From the NCBI GenBank assembly GCA_963666315.2, contig CAXXHG010000041.1, positions 1 to 64,000 of the forward strand: 64,000 nucleotides of DNA, in the 5' to 3' direction. The translations under genes and the position numbers were made by a program. The notes beneath the pieces were generated by a model, which worked only from the letters and a program-made list of their open reading frames with translations, made no database searches and was not told the origin of the DNA. Shown here piece by piece: positions 19,648-29,943 of the stretch. Every line of letters begins with the position of its first letter. The first letter of the stretch is position 1. Source of the DNA: Candidatus Binatia bacterium. Lineage in GTDB: Bacteria; Desulfobacterota; Binatia; Bin18.

Positions 19648-22600
19648 TCATGACAAGTCTGCCAGCAACGTTTTGGCGTCCTTCAAATCCGCCGTGTCAA
19701 ACCCTTCCGTGAACCAGTTGTAGACCGGGGCGAGGAGGTCGCAGGCTTCGGCTGTCTCGCTCTGCTTTTGCCACAGCCGGGCGAGGCTCGTCGCGGCGCG
19801 CAGTTCCAAGGATTTCGCTTGTTGGCTGCGGGCAATATCGAGAGCTTGCCGAAAATATTCTTCCGCTTCTTCTTCGCCGTTGAACCCTTCGACTTCGCTC
19901 AGGACAGGCTTGGAACTTTGAACCATTCGGCTCAGCTCAGGACCGGCTTTGAACTTTTGTAATATCAGCGCGCCCTTGAGCCGGTATAACTCCGCTTCGT
20001 AGAAGCGTTCCCCAGTTCTGTGCACGATCTCCATCGCCTCGGCCAACAAGGCAAGGCCCTCCTCAGCCTGTCCTGCCGGCCTACACGCTTCGACCAGCAG
20101 GGCAAGCCAATAGGAGTCAGACCCTTCTGCTCCCGTGGCCCGCCAACCGGCTCGGCCCTGGCGCATCTGCGCGATGCCAGCTTCGAACTGCCCACGCTCG
20201 GCCAGCGTCATGGCCTGGTGAATGCGCTCCAGGGCATGCGCCGCCATTGTTCGGATGGCCACGCCAGGGTCGAGGCCGTGGACAAACGCCTGACCGCGAT
20301 GCTGTTCAGGATTGTAGAGGCTACTCCCGTGCTCTAAGTGGTCACGCGCCCGGGAAAACTCACCCAACCATAACAGCGGCTCCCCCAGCGCCCGCTGAGC
20401 TGCCGACTGGAGCGCCAGGTCCGGTGCTGTCTGGGCGAGCGTGAAGAGCTGCTCCCCGAGCGCGCGCGCCTTCTGGTGCTCCGCGCGCAGGATGCACAGC
20501 TGCCACAGACCGTACAGCGCCGGGGCGAGCTGGGTCGGCTCGCCCACCTGCTCACACAAATCTCGCGCGCGTGTATAGGCCTGTTCTACTTCCGGATTCG
20601 TAAAGCCTTTGGTGGCCTGCAGCACTGATCCCAAGGTGATTTGGAGGGGGAGTTCGTGTTGGCTCCGGTCAGACGTGTCCGGCAGCGTCCGGAGCACCTC
20701 TATCGCGCTGGTCAGATGCCTCAGGGCTTCGTCATACGCGGAGCGTTGAAATGCCTGTTGCCCGGCGAAACCGAGATATACCACAGCCTTTTCCGCATTG
20801 TCTGTGTGGCTGTAGTGATGGGCCAGCTCGCTATAACGGTCTTCTACGTTGGCGCGGTAGAGCGCCTCAATCGCCTGTCCGGTTCGTTCGTGCAAGGTTT
20901 TGCGTTGCTCGTGGAGCACCGTCCCATACGCCACTTCCTGTGTCAGGGCATGCTTGAAGAGATAGTCTGATTCCGGGAATGCCGGCTGTTCGTACACAAA
21001 TTCTTTGGCCTGCAGGAAAGCTAAGATTCGATACAGTTCATCTTCAGACTGGGGAACAACCTGCTTCACCAGGCTCACGGGAAACTGCCGCCCAATAACG
21101 GAGAGCTGTTGCAGGAGTTCTTTTTCGTCGGCAGTTAAGCGGTCAATACGGGCGGCTAAGACTCCCTGCACGGTCGGTGAAATATGCAGTTCGGTTGGTG
21201 TTGTCTCTAAGCGATAGCCGCCTCTTTCTCCGACAAGTGCCCCTTCCTCAGCTAGGGTTTGGACGACTTCCTCCATAAAGAACGGCGTACCTTCCGTCTT
21301 GTCCAGAATGAGCGGCTTCAGAGCGGTCAGGCTCGCATCACTGCCGAGCAGAAACGTCAACAGTTCTTCTGCTTCGTCTTTGCCGAGCAGCGCTAATCGC
21401 AGTTGCGTGTAATATGTCTTCCGGCCCCACTCGTGCCGATACTCGGGCCGATAGTTCACCAAGAGCAGCACCTGAGTCGAAGCCACACTTTCCGCCAAGG
21501 TGTCCAAGAACCCCTGCGTTTCCGTATCGATCCAGTGTAGATCCTCAAAGATCAGCAGCACCGGTTGGTTCAGACTCTCGCGCAGGAACAATTGCTTGAG
21601 TGCCTCAAATGTCCGCCGCCGCCGGATCTGCGCGTCCATCTGCTGCAGCGAGGAGCCCGGGTCTTCAATGCCGAGCACCGCAAACAGATACGGCAGGACC
21701 TGTTCCAAACTCCGGTCCAGTTCCAGGACTTGGGCAATGACTTTCTGGCGGCGGGTGCGCTCCTCATCCTGCCGCTCGATCTGAAAGTAGTCCTTGAGCA
21801 GCTCAATGAGGGGCAGGCACGTCGAGGCCTTGCCATGCGAGACTGAGAACGCTTCGAGCACGAGACAGCCGTTCCGGGACGTGGGCTTGAACTCATAAAA
21901 CAGCCGTGACTTGCCGAGGCCTGCCTCTAATATCACACCCACGATCTGACCGTCGCCTTCTTTGGCTTGCGCCAACGCGCCTTGCATCTGGTCCAGCTCG
22001 CTGTGCCGCCCCACGAAACGGGTGAGGCCACGACGGGCCGAGACTTGCAGTCGGGTGCGGAGCGGCCCAGCGCCTAAGACCTCATACACGTTGAGCGGCT
22101 CTTCGACTCCTTTGATCTCCGCCTCCCCCAGCGCCTTGAGGTCAAAATATCCTTCGGTCAACTTGCGCGTATACTCGCTAATCACAATCGACCCCAGGTT
22201 CGCCATCTGTTCCATGCGAGCCGCAAGGTTCGTTGAGTGGCCCGCGGGGACGTAGTCGGTATGGAGATCATCTTTACGAATGGACCGTACTACCACTTCC
22301 CCAGTGTTAATGCCGACCCGCATCTACAGTGGGATGCCGTGTTTGAGTCAGACCTGGTCCGAATAGCCCCGCATCTCTTCCTGCATCCGCAGTGCCGCAT
22401 ACCGTGCCCGCTGCGGGTGATCTTCGTGCGCTATCGGCGCGCCAAATAGCGCAAAGATGCCGCAACCTAACATAGCCCTCATACCGATGCACCGCATCCA
22501 TCATCAGCTGCAGTGCTGGGTCGATAATGGCCCGGGCGTCTTCCGGGTCGAGTCCTTCGATGAGCGCCGTGGACCCCTTGAGATCCGCAAACAGCGCGGT

Positions 22601-22922
22601 GATGGTTTTGCGTTCACCGTCAGCACTGCCACGGGACTCCATGGTTTGCTGTTCGGCTCGGATACGCTCGGCCAGGTGTTGGGGCGTGTAGGTGGAGGGG
22701 GGTTGGGGACCGGGGGGAGGGTAATGTTCCTCCGTCGCCCGCCCAGACCAAGATCTTCGCACCTTCATCCACGGCTACTGCTTGTCCTTCGATCAGTTCA
22801 TCTCTGAGGTCTTCCAGGGTCTCGTCGTCCAACTCGAACTTACGCTGCAGAGAGCGATATCTCAGGCGTCCCTTACGCTGGAGCAACCCAGTGGCTTGAT
22901 CAATCAGTTCAGAAAATTTCAC
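19648..22922 (-). pseudogene. cyclase / STAND ATPase / TPR protein, copy 3, disrupted
   Basis: Frameshifts near 22.73 and 22.46 kb with the AQALGDG segment lost; altered Walker A (ILEAGLGKS); deletions in the TPR region. Confidence 0.85.
19886..19947. repeat. two 24-nt REP-derived units inserted in frame among TTGAAC heptamers
   Basis: 19886-19909 ccttcgacttcgctcaggacaggc and 19924-19947 cattcggctcagctcaggaccggc. Confidence 0.75.
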
Positions 22923-22982
22923 GGGCCGGACTCCCCCCCCCTGACAGGCCAACTCCGCATATCAAGGCTCAAAACCTTTCCA

Positions 22983-23059
22983 GATTCCCGTTTCCACGGA
23001 GTGACAATCCTCCCTATCATACCTGCGAAAGCAGGTATCCAGGTCTACGGGACAAGACG
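22983..23059. repeat. REP-like element (ATTCCC / CCTGCGAAAGCAGG family), copy 1
   Basis: Closely similar ~78-bp copy at 62916-62995. Confidence 0.8.
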
Positions 23060-23081
23060 AGCCGACGGTCCGGGTTTGACT

Positions 23082-23105
23082 TTTTTACAACCAGAGGTGT
23101 AAAAA
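23082..23105 (+). promoter_or_regulatory. probable TetR operator overlapping the promoter
   Basis: Palindrome TTTTTACA-N8-TGTAAAAA just after TTGACT and 5 nt before the tetR ATG; related site at about 23724-23743. Confidence 0.6.
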
Positions 23106-23110
23106 CAAGT

Positions 23111-23692
23111 ATGGTTCGACCACGAGAATTTGATGCCGACGTCGTCACTGACCGCGCCCTGAACCTGTTCTGGCACAAGGGGTATCAGGGCGCGTCGTTA
23201 GCCGACCTGGAGCGCGAGACCGGCGTCGGGCGCAAAGGGCTGTATAACACGTTCGGCAGCAAACAAGGCTTGTTTCTCGAAGCCCTCACCCGATATGAAA
23301 CGCGCGCTATTGAGCTAATCCTGGCACCGCTAGAATCGGAGGGCGCCGGGCGGGCCGCAATCGAACACGTCTTCCATATGCTCACGTCTCAAGAGGGACA
23401 GCTGAAAGGAAACCGCGGCTGCCTGTTCTGTCTGACGGCGGAGAGCGAGGTTACGAGTTCGCCGGAGGTCGCCAAGCGCGTCCGGGGCTATTTACGACGG
23501 CTCCAGCAGGGCTTCGCCAGCGCACTGCGGGGTGCACGGACAGCCGGAGACCTTGGCACGCAGAAAGATCTCGAAGCCTTGGCCGATTTTTTGATGGGCA
23601 CGGTGATGGGCCTGTCCGCGATGGCGCGCGCCGGCCGGCCTCGGACGCAGATTGTGCACTATATTGACACTGCCTTGGCCGCACTCGACTGA
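23111..23692 (+). CDS. TetR/AcrR family regulator (NemR/ComR-like)
   Basis: MVRPREFD...FWHKGY...LYNTFGSKQGLF and RGC. Confidence 0.92.
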   Translation: MVRPREFDADVVTDRALNLFWHKGYQGASLADLERETGVGRKGLYNTFGSKQGLFLEALTRYETRAIELILAPLESEGAGRAAIEHVFHMLTSQEGQLKGNRGCLFCLTAESEVTSSPEVAKRVRGYLRRLQQGFASALRGARTAGDLGTQKDLEALADFLMGTVMGLSAMARAGRPRTQIVHYIDTALAALD

Positions 23693-23775
23693 GTCTCGAC
23701 GGGGGAAATTTTTTTGCCTGATAAAACACCAGTCAGTGTAAAAAAGCTGAGATTTCGAAAGAGACGATAAAAATC

Positions 23776-24456
23776 ATGATTGATCTGTATACCGATTCCA
23801 CCCCGAACGGCTGGAAAGCCTCGGTGATGCTCGAGGAAATCGGCATGGAGTACACCACCCATCATGTTGACATCATGAGCGGCGCACAGAAGGAAGAGTG
23901 GTTCCTCAAGCTGTGCCCCAACGGCCGCATTCCGGTCATCGTCGACCGTGACAATGATGATTTGGCGATCTTCGAATCGGGCGCCATCATGCTCTACCTT
24001 GCAAAAAAGTCTGGCCAGCTCATGCCGCAGGATGACAAGGGCGAATCTCGCGTCACCCAGTGGCTCATGTTCCAGATGGCGGGGATCGGCCCGATGATGG
24101 GCCAGTCCAATATATTCTATCGCTACTTTCCCGAAAAACTGCCGTCCGTGATCCAGCGTTACCACAACGAGTGTCGTCGTTTATACGAAGTGCTCGACGG
24201 TCAGCTCGCAGGCCGCGATTACCTGTGCGACGAATACTCAATCGCCGATATCGCGAATTGGTGCTGGGTACGCATCCATTTCTGGGGCGGTACCAGCGTC
24301 GACGGCCTCGACAATCTCAAGACCTGGATGGAACGGCTCGAAGCCCGCCCAGCCTGCCAGCGCGGTGTTGTCGTGCCTTACGCTCCGGATTTCGCCAAGC
24401 TGGAAGCCGATCTCGAAAAAGAGGATAGCAGCGTACGTTCGCTCGTGACAAAGTAG
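23776..24456 (+). CDS. glutathione S-transferase (YfcG-like)
   Basis: Motifs TPNG, PNGRIP, FESGAI, QWLMFQM and YSIADI. Confidence 0.92.
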   Translation: MIDLYTDSTPNGWKASVMLEEIGMEYTTHHVDIMSGAQKEEWFLKLCPNGRIPVIVDRDNDDLAIFESGAIMLYLAKKSGQLMPQDDKGESRVTQWLMFQMAGIGPMMGQSNIFYRYFPEKLPSVIQRYHNECRRLYEVLDGQLAGRDYLCDEYSIADIANWCWVRIHFWGGTSVDGLDNLKTWMERLEARPACQRGVVVPYAPDFAKLEADLEKEDSSVRSLVTK

Positions 24457-24545
24457 GAAACGGATAACGGGCAGGACGGCGGCCCTCGATTGAGCAGCGC
24501 CTGGGAAAATTTTTTGTCTAATAAAACACCAAGAGGAAGTGGATC

Positions 24546-25229
24546 GTGACTCAACAATTTCCACCGGTACAGCCGCATGGATCCCTTGAAGCCATTTTTG
24601 AAGACGCTTGGTATGTCACTGGATCCGTTGTATTTAAACCCTTGCTCAGGTTGCCACGCAATATGGTGATCCTGCGCCACGGGGGCGAACTCACAGTAAT
24701 CAACAGTGTTCGTCTCGATGCTGAAGGTGAGTCCGCCTTGGATGCATTGGGCAAGGTTACCCATGTCATGAAAATTGGCTTCCACAGCATGGATGACGCC
24801 TATTATGTCGACCGTTACGAGGCCAAAATGTGGACCGTTGGTGACGGCTCGCTTTCAGAAGATTCCCAACTCCCGTTTCCCGATGCGCGCGTGTTTATGT
24901 TTAAGCAAACGGTCGTACCAGAAGCGGCATTATTGGTCGAGCGTGAGGGGGGACTATTGATCACCTGTGACAGTGTTCAGCACTGGGTCCCCAAGGAGGT
25001 GATGTCTCGGGCTGCCAAGATCGTCACTCGTTTAATAGGCTTTCAACAGCCAGCCCAAATTGGGCCACCGTGGCGTAAAAAGCAAACACCCCCTGACGGC
25101 AGCCTAAAATCAGATTTCGAACGCCTGGCAGATCTACCGTTTCAGTGCCTGATTGGTGGACACGGTGGCCAACTGGAAAGTAACGGACCAACGCTATCAA
25201 GGGCATCGATCCAGCGAGAGCTGACCTAG
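24546..25229 (+). CDS. hypothetical protein (metallo-beta-lactamase-like / DUF4336-like)
   Basis: Motif spacing FHSMDD, LITCD, GHG. Confidence 0.65.
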   Translation: MTQQFPPVQPHGSLEAIFEDAWYVTGSVVFKPLLRLPRNMVILRHGGELTVINSVRLDAEGESALDALGKVTHVMKIGFHSMDDAYYVDRYEAKMWTVGDGSLSEDSQLPFPDARVFMFKQTVVPEAALLVEREGGLLITCDSVQHWVPKEVMSRAAKIVTRLIGFQQPAQIGPPWRKKQTPPDGSLKSDFERLADLPFQCLIGGHGGQLESNGPTLSRASIQRELT

Positions 25230-25439
25230 AGACTGAGGCTTATCCACGCGACGTGTGGACTGCGTTTAAACAGCAGCGCTGATTGTGGGCAAGAAAAACA
25301 ACAATGGGATTCGTACCGAGTCAAGAGGAGCGGCGGCAGTTCCGTGCACGAAGGAGGTCCGAGTTTTCCAGGGCTTCTCGTTGTAACTAACCGTTAGGCC
25401 AACTGGTCCCATTTCCACACGAACCGAGAGGAGAGGAAC

Positions 25440-26189
25440 ATGACAACAGAGGTAGCCCTGATCGTTGGGGGCGGTCCGGGAATCAGTGCGAGTTGTGCCA
25501 GACTCTTTTCCCAGGAGGGCATGCAGGTCGCAGTCGCCGCGCGAACCCCGGATAAACCTGTGCTCAAGAAACTGGAGAGCGAGCATGGCGTACGTTGCTA
25601 TGCGTGCGACGCGGGACAGCCCGAGGCTGTCGTGGAACTGTTTCAATCGGTGAGCGAAGACCTCGGACGTCCCACGCTTGTAGTACACAACATTGACGGA
25701 CGGACGATGGACATTTTCCGCAAAGATATCACCGAAGCTGACCCTGGGATCGTACTCGACACCTTACGCAACTCTACGTATAGCGCCTTCCTCGTAGGAC
25801 AACAGGCAGCGAAGAGCATGCTCTCTGCTCCTCCCAGTGATGATGGCCACCGGGGCACTATTATCTTCACCAACGCGAGCGCAGCATTTAAGGGCTACCC
25901 GCAGAGTGGCGCCTTTGCGATGGCGTGCCACGGCAAGTCGGGTCTGGCACAGAGTATGGCGAGAGAACTCATGCCAAAAGGCATCCATATCGCTCACGTT
26001 CCCATTGACGCGGCGATTGGTTGGACTCAAGACGACGGAACCCGCTGGCACCGCCTGGCCGGGACGACGGCGGATGACAACATGGCCGACCCGGAATCCA
26101 TTGCCGAGACCTATCTCCACCTCCACCGTCAGCCCCGGTCGACGTGGGCCTTCGAGATCGTGCTGCGGCCATGGGGTGAAACGTGGTAA
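25440..26189 (+). CDS. atypical SDR family oxidoreductase
   Basis: Motifs VGGGPGIS, IFTNASA and LHRQPRSTWAFE. Confidence 0.87.
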   Translation: MTTEVALIVGGGPGISASCARLFSQEGMQVAVAARTPDKPVLKKLESEHGVRCYACDAGQPEAVVELFQSVSEDLGRPTLVVHNIDGRTMDIFRKDITEADPGIVLDTLRNSTYSAFLVGQQAAKSMLSAPPSDDGHRGTIIFTNASAAFKGYPQSGAFAMACHGKSGLAQSMARELMPKGIHIAHVPIDAAIGWTQDDGTRWHRLAGTTADDNMADPESIAETYLHLHRQPRSTWAFEIVLRPWGETW

Positions 26190-26221
26190 CGGAGACAAGG
26201 AAAGGATGCCAGGAGGTAACG

Positions 26222-27457
26222 ATGGCACATATTCGAATCGTTAATGAAGACGAAGCCCAGGGGCAACTGGCGGAGGATTACGCCTATCTGTCCCGCTCGT
26301 ACTCCAATATGGTGGGGTCGGAGGTGACCACCCCCAACGTGTATCGCACGCACAGCATCGTGCCTGCTTACTTCCGCCTGGGCACCGTGACGAACCGGGT
26401 CCTGACCAACGACGGGCGTTTCGATCGGCCCAGTTGGCAGCAGGGGCCCGCGCCGGAATTCTTGGTCAACTTTGCCGTTGCCCTGCATAGCTCATGTTAC
26501 TATTGAACGGAAACAATTGGGGCCGTGATGCCCGAGCTCTACAGTGCCGAGGTCGGGCAGCAGATTCTCGACAACTATCAGGAAGCGGAGATTCCCGAGG
26601 TCCATAAGGAACTCTTTCATTGGGCGGAACTCTTTACGCAGCGCTCCTGGGACATGAGCGCCCAAGACCTCCAGCGTTTGCATACATATGGCCTCACGGA
26701 TGCAAACATCGTCGGCTGGGCGCAGGCGGCGTGTCTCCAGACGTGGTTTACGATGGGCGCGGAGGGCGGCGGCGTTCCGCTGGACAGCGACGCGGGGATG
26801 CAGCCCGTGTTCCAGAAGCCCCGCGAGTTTTACACCCAGGCCCCAGAAGGATTGACCGCGGCCGAGCCCAAACGCCCCAATTTTCATGCGCCGGACAGTG
26901 CAGAAGCCGTTGCCTGGGTGGCGACCGACGGCGACTCAGAAGAATATCAGCAAGCCGCGGCCTGGGCCGAGGCGCGCTACGGTTTCGTGCCCAATCTCCT
27001 CCAGGCGCTCTCGCTGCCGCCGGAATTCTTCCGGCGGCACACGTTGGCACTGGAACTTCTGGAGCGTCCCCAGACTGAGTCCCTAAGCCCACGCCAGCAT
27101 GCCATGGTGCGCGCGTTGGTGTCGACTCTGACGCGCTGCCAGTACAGTGCCGACACCACGCGTCGGCTCGTCGCGTCGGCCTGCGCGGAGCCCGGTCTGT
27201 ACGAGCGGCTAACGGAGGATTACCGCCAGCGCGAATGGGCGCCAGTGGATCGGGTCATCCTGGACTTTGCTACCAAGGTGGCCCGCAATGCGTACAAAGT
27301 GACGGAAGACGACGCTCAGCGGTTCCATGAGGTCGGGCTAGACGATGAGGCATATGTCGACGTGCTGAATACGGTGGCGATTCAAACGTCCTTCGACCGC
27401 CTCGCCAACAGTCTCGGCGTGCGCCCCGATCCGCGGCCGCTGTTGCCCCGAGTGTGA
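26222..27457 (+). CDS. two-domain AhpD-like selenoprotein (CYYU), 411 aa, Sec at residue 95
   Basis: AGGAGG RBS and ATG 26222; in-frame TGA 26504-26506 joins track ORFs 26183-26506 and 26525-27457 (VALHSSCYY-U-TETIGAV); second domain has RCQYS. Confidence 0.82.
26517..26535 (+). promoter_or_regulatory. SECIS-like hairpin (weak)
   Basis: TT(G)GGGC-CGTGAT-GCCCGA, loop G at +19 from the UGA. Confidence 0.55.
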
Positions 27458-27515
27458 GCAATCGAGCATTGACTTTTTATAGCAGCGTAAGGCCGACAGA
27501 AAGGGAAGAGTCTTC

Positions 27516-28649
27516 ATGGCAACTATTTCTTATGCAGCAGCCAGCACCCCAGTGCGGGCAGATCTTGTCGAGGCGCATCAAAAGTTATGGCAAAACCTGG
27601 CTGAGCCGGGCACCTGGTGGACGGGGGCTGAGCGGGTCGCGATTGCCGCCGAGGTGCGCAAAGCGTGGACGTGTACCCTGTGCACGGACCGCAAAGCGGC
27701 GCTGTCGCCCTCAGCAGTCACCGGTGAGCACGATACCCACGGTGTCCTTCCGTCCGCCGTAGTCGAAATGATCCACCGCATCACCACCGATCCGGGCCGG
27801 CTGAGTAAGGACTGGTATGAGCGGCTCTTAGCCGAGGGTGTAGAGGATACCCATTATGTCGAGGCGCTGGGGGTCGTCGTGCGCACGGTCAGTATCGATT
27901 CGTTTTGTCGCGGCCTGGGTGTTCCCCTACATCCATTACCGACACCAATCCCAGGCGAACCGTCCCGTCGGCGGCCGCCGCAGGCCCACATGGAGGCTTC
28001 CTGGGTGCCGATGATTCCCAGCGGGCAAGAAACCGGCCCCGATGCTGATATCTACTGGGGCCAGCCTGCTCCAAATGTCATCCGGGCAATGAGTCTGGTC
28101 CCAGACGAAGTGCGCGCCAGTATCCATACTCTTATAGTGACGCACTACATGGAATTCGCCCAAGCCATGGATCCGACGACTAACGGCGGACGGGCTATTA
28201 GCCGCGCCCAAATCGAACTCTTGGCGTCGCGCGTCTCCGCACTCAATCAGTGCTTCTATTGAACGGCTGCCCATGTGATGCAGCTCCGGGGGAGCAGCCC
28301 AACAAGTGAAATTGATCTACATGCAGCCGTGAATGCTAACACAGAGAACGGCGTCCCTCACGGCGCCCTGCTGAATACGTTTGCCGAAGCCGTACTAGGC
28401 ACGGATGACGTGCAGCTCGACACGGTCCGAAACGCTATCGTCACAGAACTCGGCCCAGCCGCACTGGTCGATGCCGCCGCCGTGATCGGTGGATTTATGC
28501 AGATGGACCGCATCGCCGATGCTGCCGGAGTTCCGCTGGATGACTTTGTGGTCGAGGCCACGAATGATGTCCGTGAAGACCTCGGCCTCCACAATTTTGC
28601 TTCCGCGCGGAATACGCTAGGGGTCGCCGGAACTCCGGGAACTCTTTGA
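27516..28649 (+). CDS. alkylhydroperoxidase (AhpD)-related selenoprotein (CFYU), 377 aa, paralog A
   Basis: In-frame TGA 28260-28262 in IELLASRVSALNQCFY-U-TAAH matches the AhpD E...CxxC-xxx-H motif; joins track ORFs 27516-28262 and 28275-28649. Confidence 0.9.
28280..28298 (+). promoter_or_regulatory. SECIS-like hairpin
   Basis: GC(A)GCTCC-GGG-GGAGC(A)GC, loop at +26. Confidence 0.72.
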
Positions 28650-28748
28650 TGACGTCGAGGTGTTCCGGCCAGAAGGGTTTCGCAGTGTGAGTAATCGCGC
28701 GGCGACTTTTTATATCGGCGTAGGGCCGACAGAAAGGGAGGGAGTATC

Positions 28749-29879
28749 ATGACCACTATCTCGTATGCCAGCGCTAGCACCCCAGTGCGGGCCGATCTTG
28801 TCGAGGCGCACCAACAGTTGTGGCAAAAACTGGCTGAGCCGGGCGCCTGGTGGACGGGGGCCGAGCGGGTGGCGATTGCCGCGGAGGTGCGTAAAGCCTG
28901 GACATGCACCCTGTGCACGGACCGCAAAGCGGCGCTGTCGCCCTCTGCAGTCACCGGTGAGCACGATAATACCCACGGTGTTCTTCCGTCCGCCGTAGTC
29001 GAAATGATCCACCGCGTCACCACCGATCCGGGCCGGCTGAGTAAAGACTGGTATGAGCGGCTCGTCGCCGATGGTGTAGAGGACACTCATTATATCGAGG
29101 CACTCGGCGTTGTCGTCCGGACGGTCAGTGTCGATTCGTTTTGTCGGGGCGTGGGCATTCTCCCACATCCATTACCGACACCAATCCCAGGCGAACCGTC
29201 CCATCGGCGGCCACCACAGGCCCACATGGATGTCTCCTGGGTGCCCATGATTACTAGTGGTCAGGAAACCGGCCCCGAGGCCGATCTGTACTGGGGCCAG
29301 CCCGCCCCAAATGTCCTGCGGTCAATGAGTCTGGTCCCGGATGAGGTGCGTGCAAGTATGCATATTCTTATGGGGGCGCATTACATGGGACTCGCCCAGG
29401 CTATGGATCCGACGAGCAACGGAGGACGGGCCATCAGCAGAGCCCAGATCGAACTCTTAGCGTCGCGCGTCTCCGCGCTCAATGAGTGCTTCTATTGAAC
29501 AACCTTCCATGGCATGCTGCTCCGGGGGAGCAGCCCAACAGGTGAGATTGATCTGGATGCAGCCGTGAATGCGAGCACGGAGAACGGCGTCCCTCACGGC
29601 GCCCTGCTGAATACGTTTGCCGAAGCCGTGCTAGGCACGGACGACAAGAAGCTCGACACGGCTCGCAACGCCATCGTCGACGCCCTTGGCCCGGCAGCGC
29701 TGGTCGATGCCTCGGCTGTTATTGCGGCATTTATGCAAATGGACCGGATGGCCGATGCCACCGGAGTTCCGTTGGATGACTTTGTGGTCGAGGCCACGAA
29801 TGATTTCCGTGAAGACATCGGCCTCCACGCCTTTGACTCAGCACGGAATACGGTGGGGGACGCGGCAACTCTTCGTTGA
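28749..29879 (+). CDS. AhpD-related selenoprotein (CFYU), 376 aa, paralog B
   Basis: In-frame TGA 29496-29498 (NECFY-U-TTFHGML); the TGA is conserved with paralog A although flanking codons differ. Confidence 0.9.
29516..29534 (+). promoter_or_regulatory. SECIS-like hairpin
   Basis: Perfect 8-bp stem GCTGCTCC-GGG-GGAGCAGC, loop at +26. Confidence 0.8.
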
Positions 29880-29943
29880 TGCAAGGTGTTCGGCTTCGAA
29901 TTACATCCGCAGATCTTTTTTTAATGAGGGGAGTAACACCAGT

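Larger units (their letters stand above)
27470..29890 (+). repeat. tandem gene duplication (~1.23-kb unit)
   Basis: Both leaders contain gcgta(a/g)ggccgacagaaaggga and the two CDSs are colinear and highly similar. Confidence 0.9.

Noticed and set aside
29877-29882. TGA TGC at the end of paralog B as a possible second Sec
   Set aside because: Paralog A ends near the same point with TGA TGA, and no SECIS-like hairpin follows
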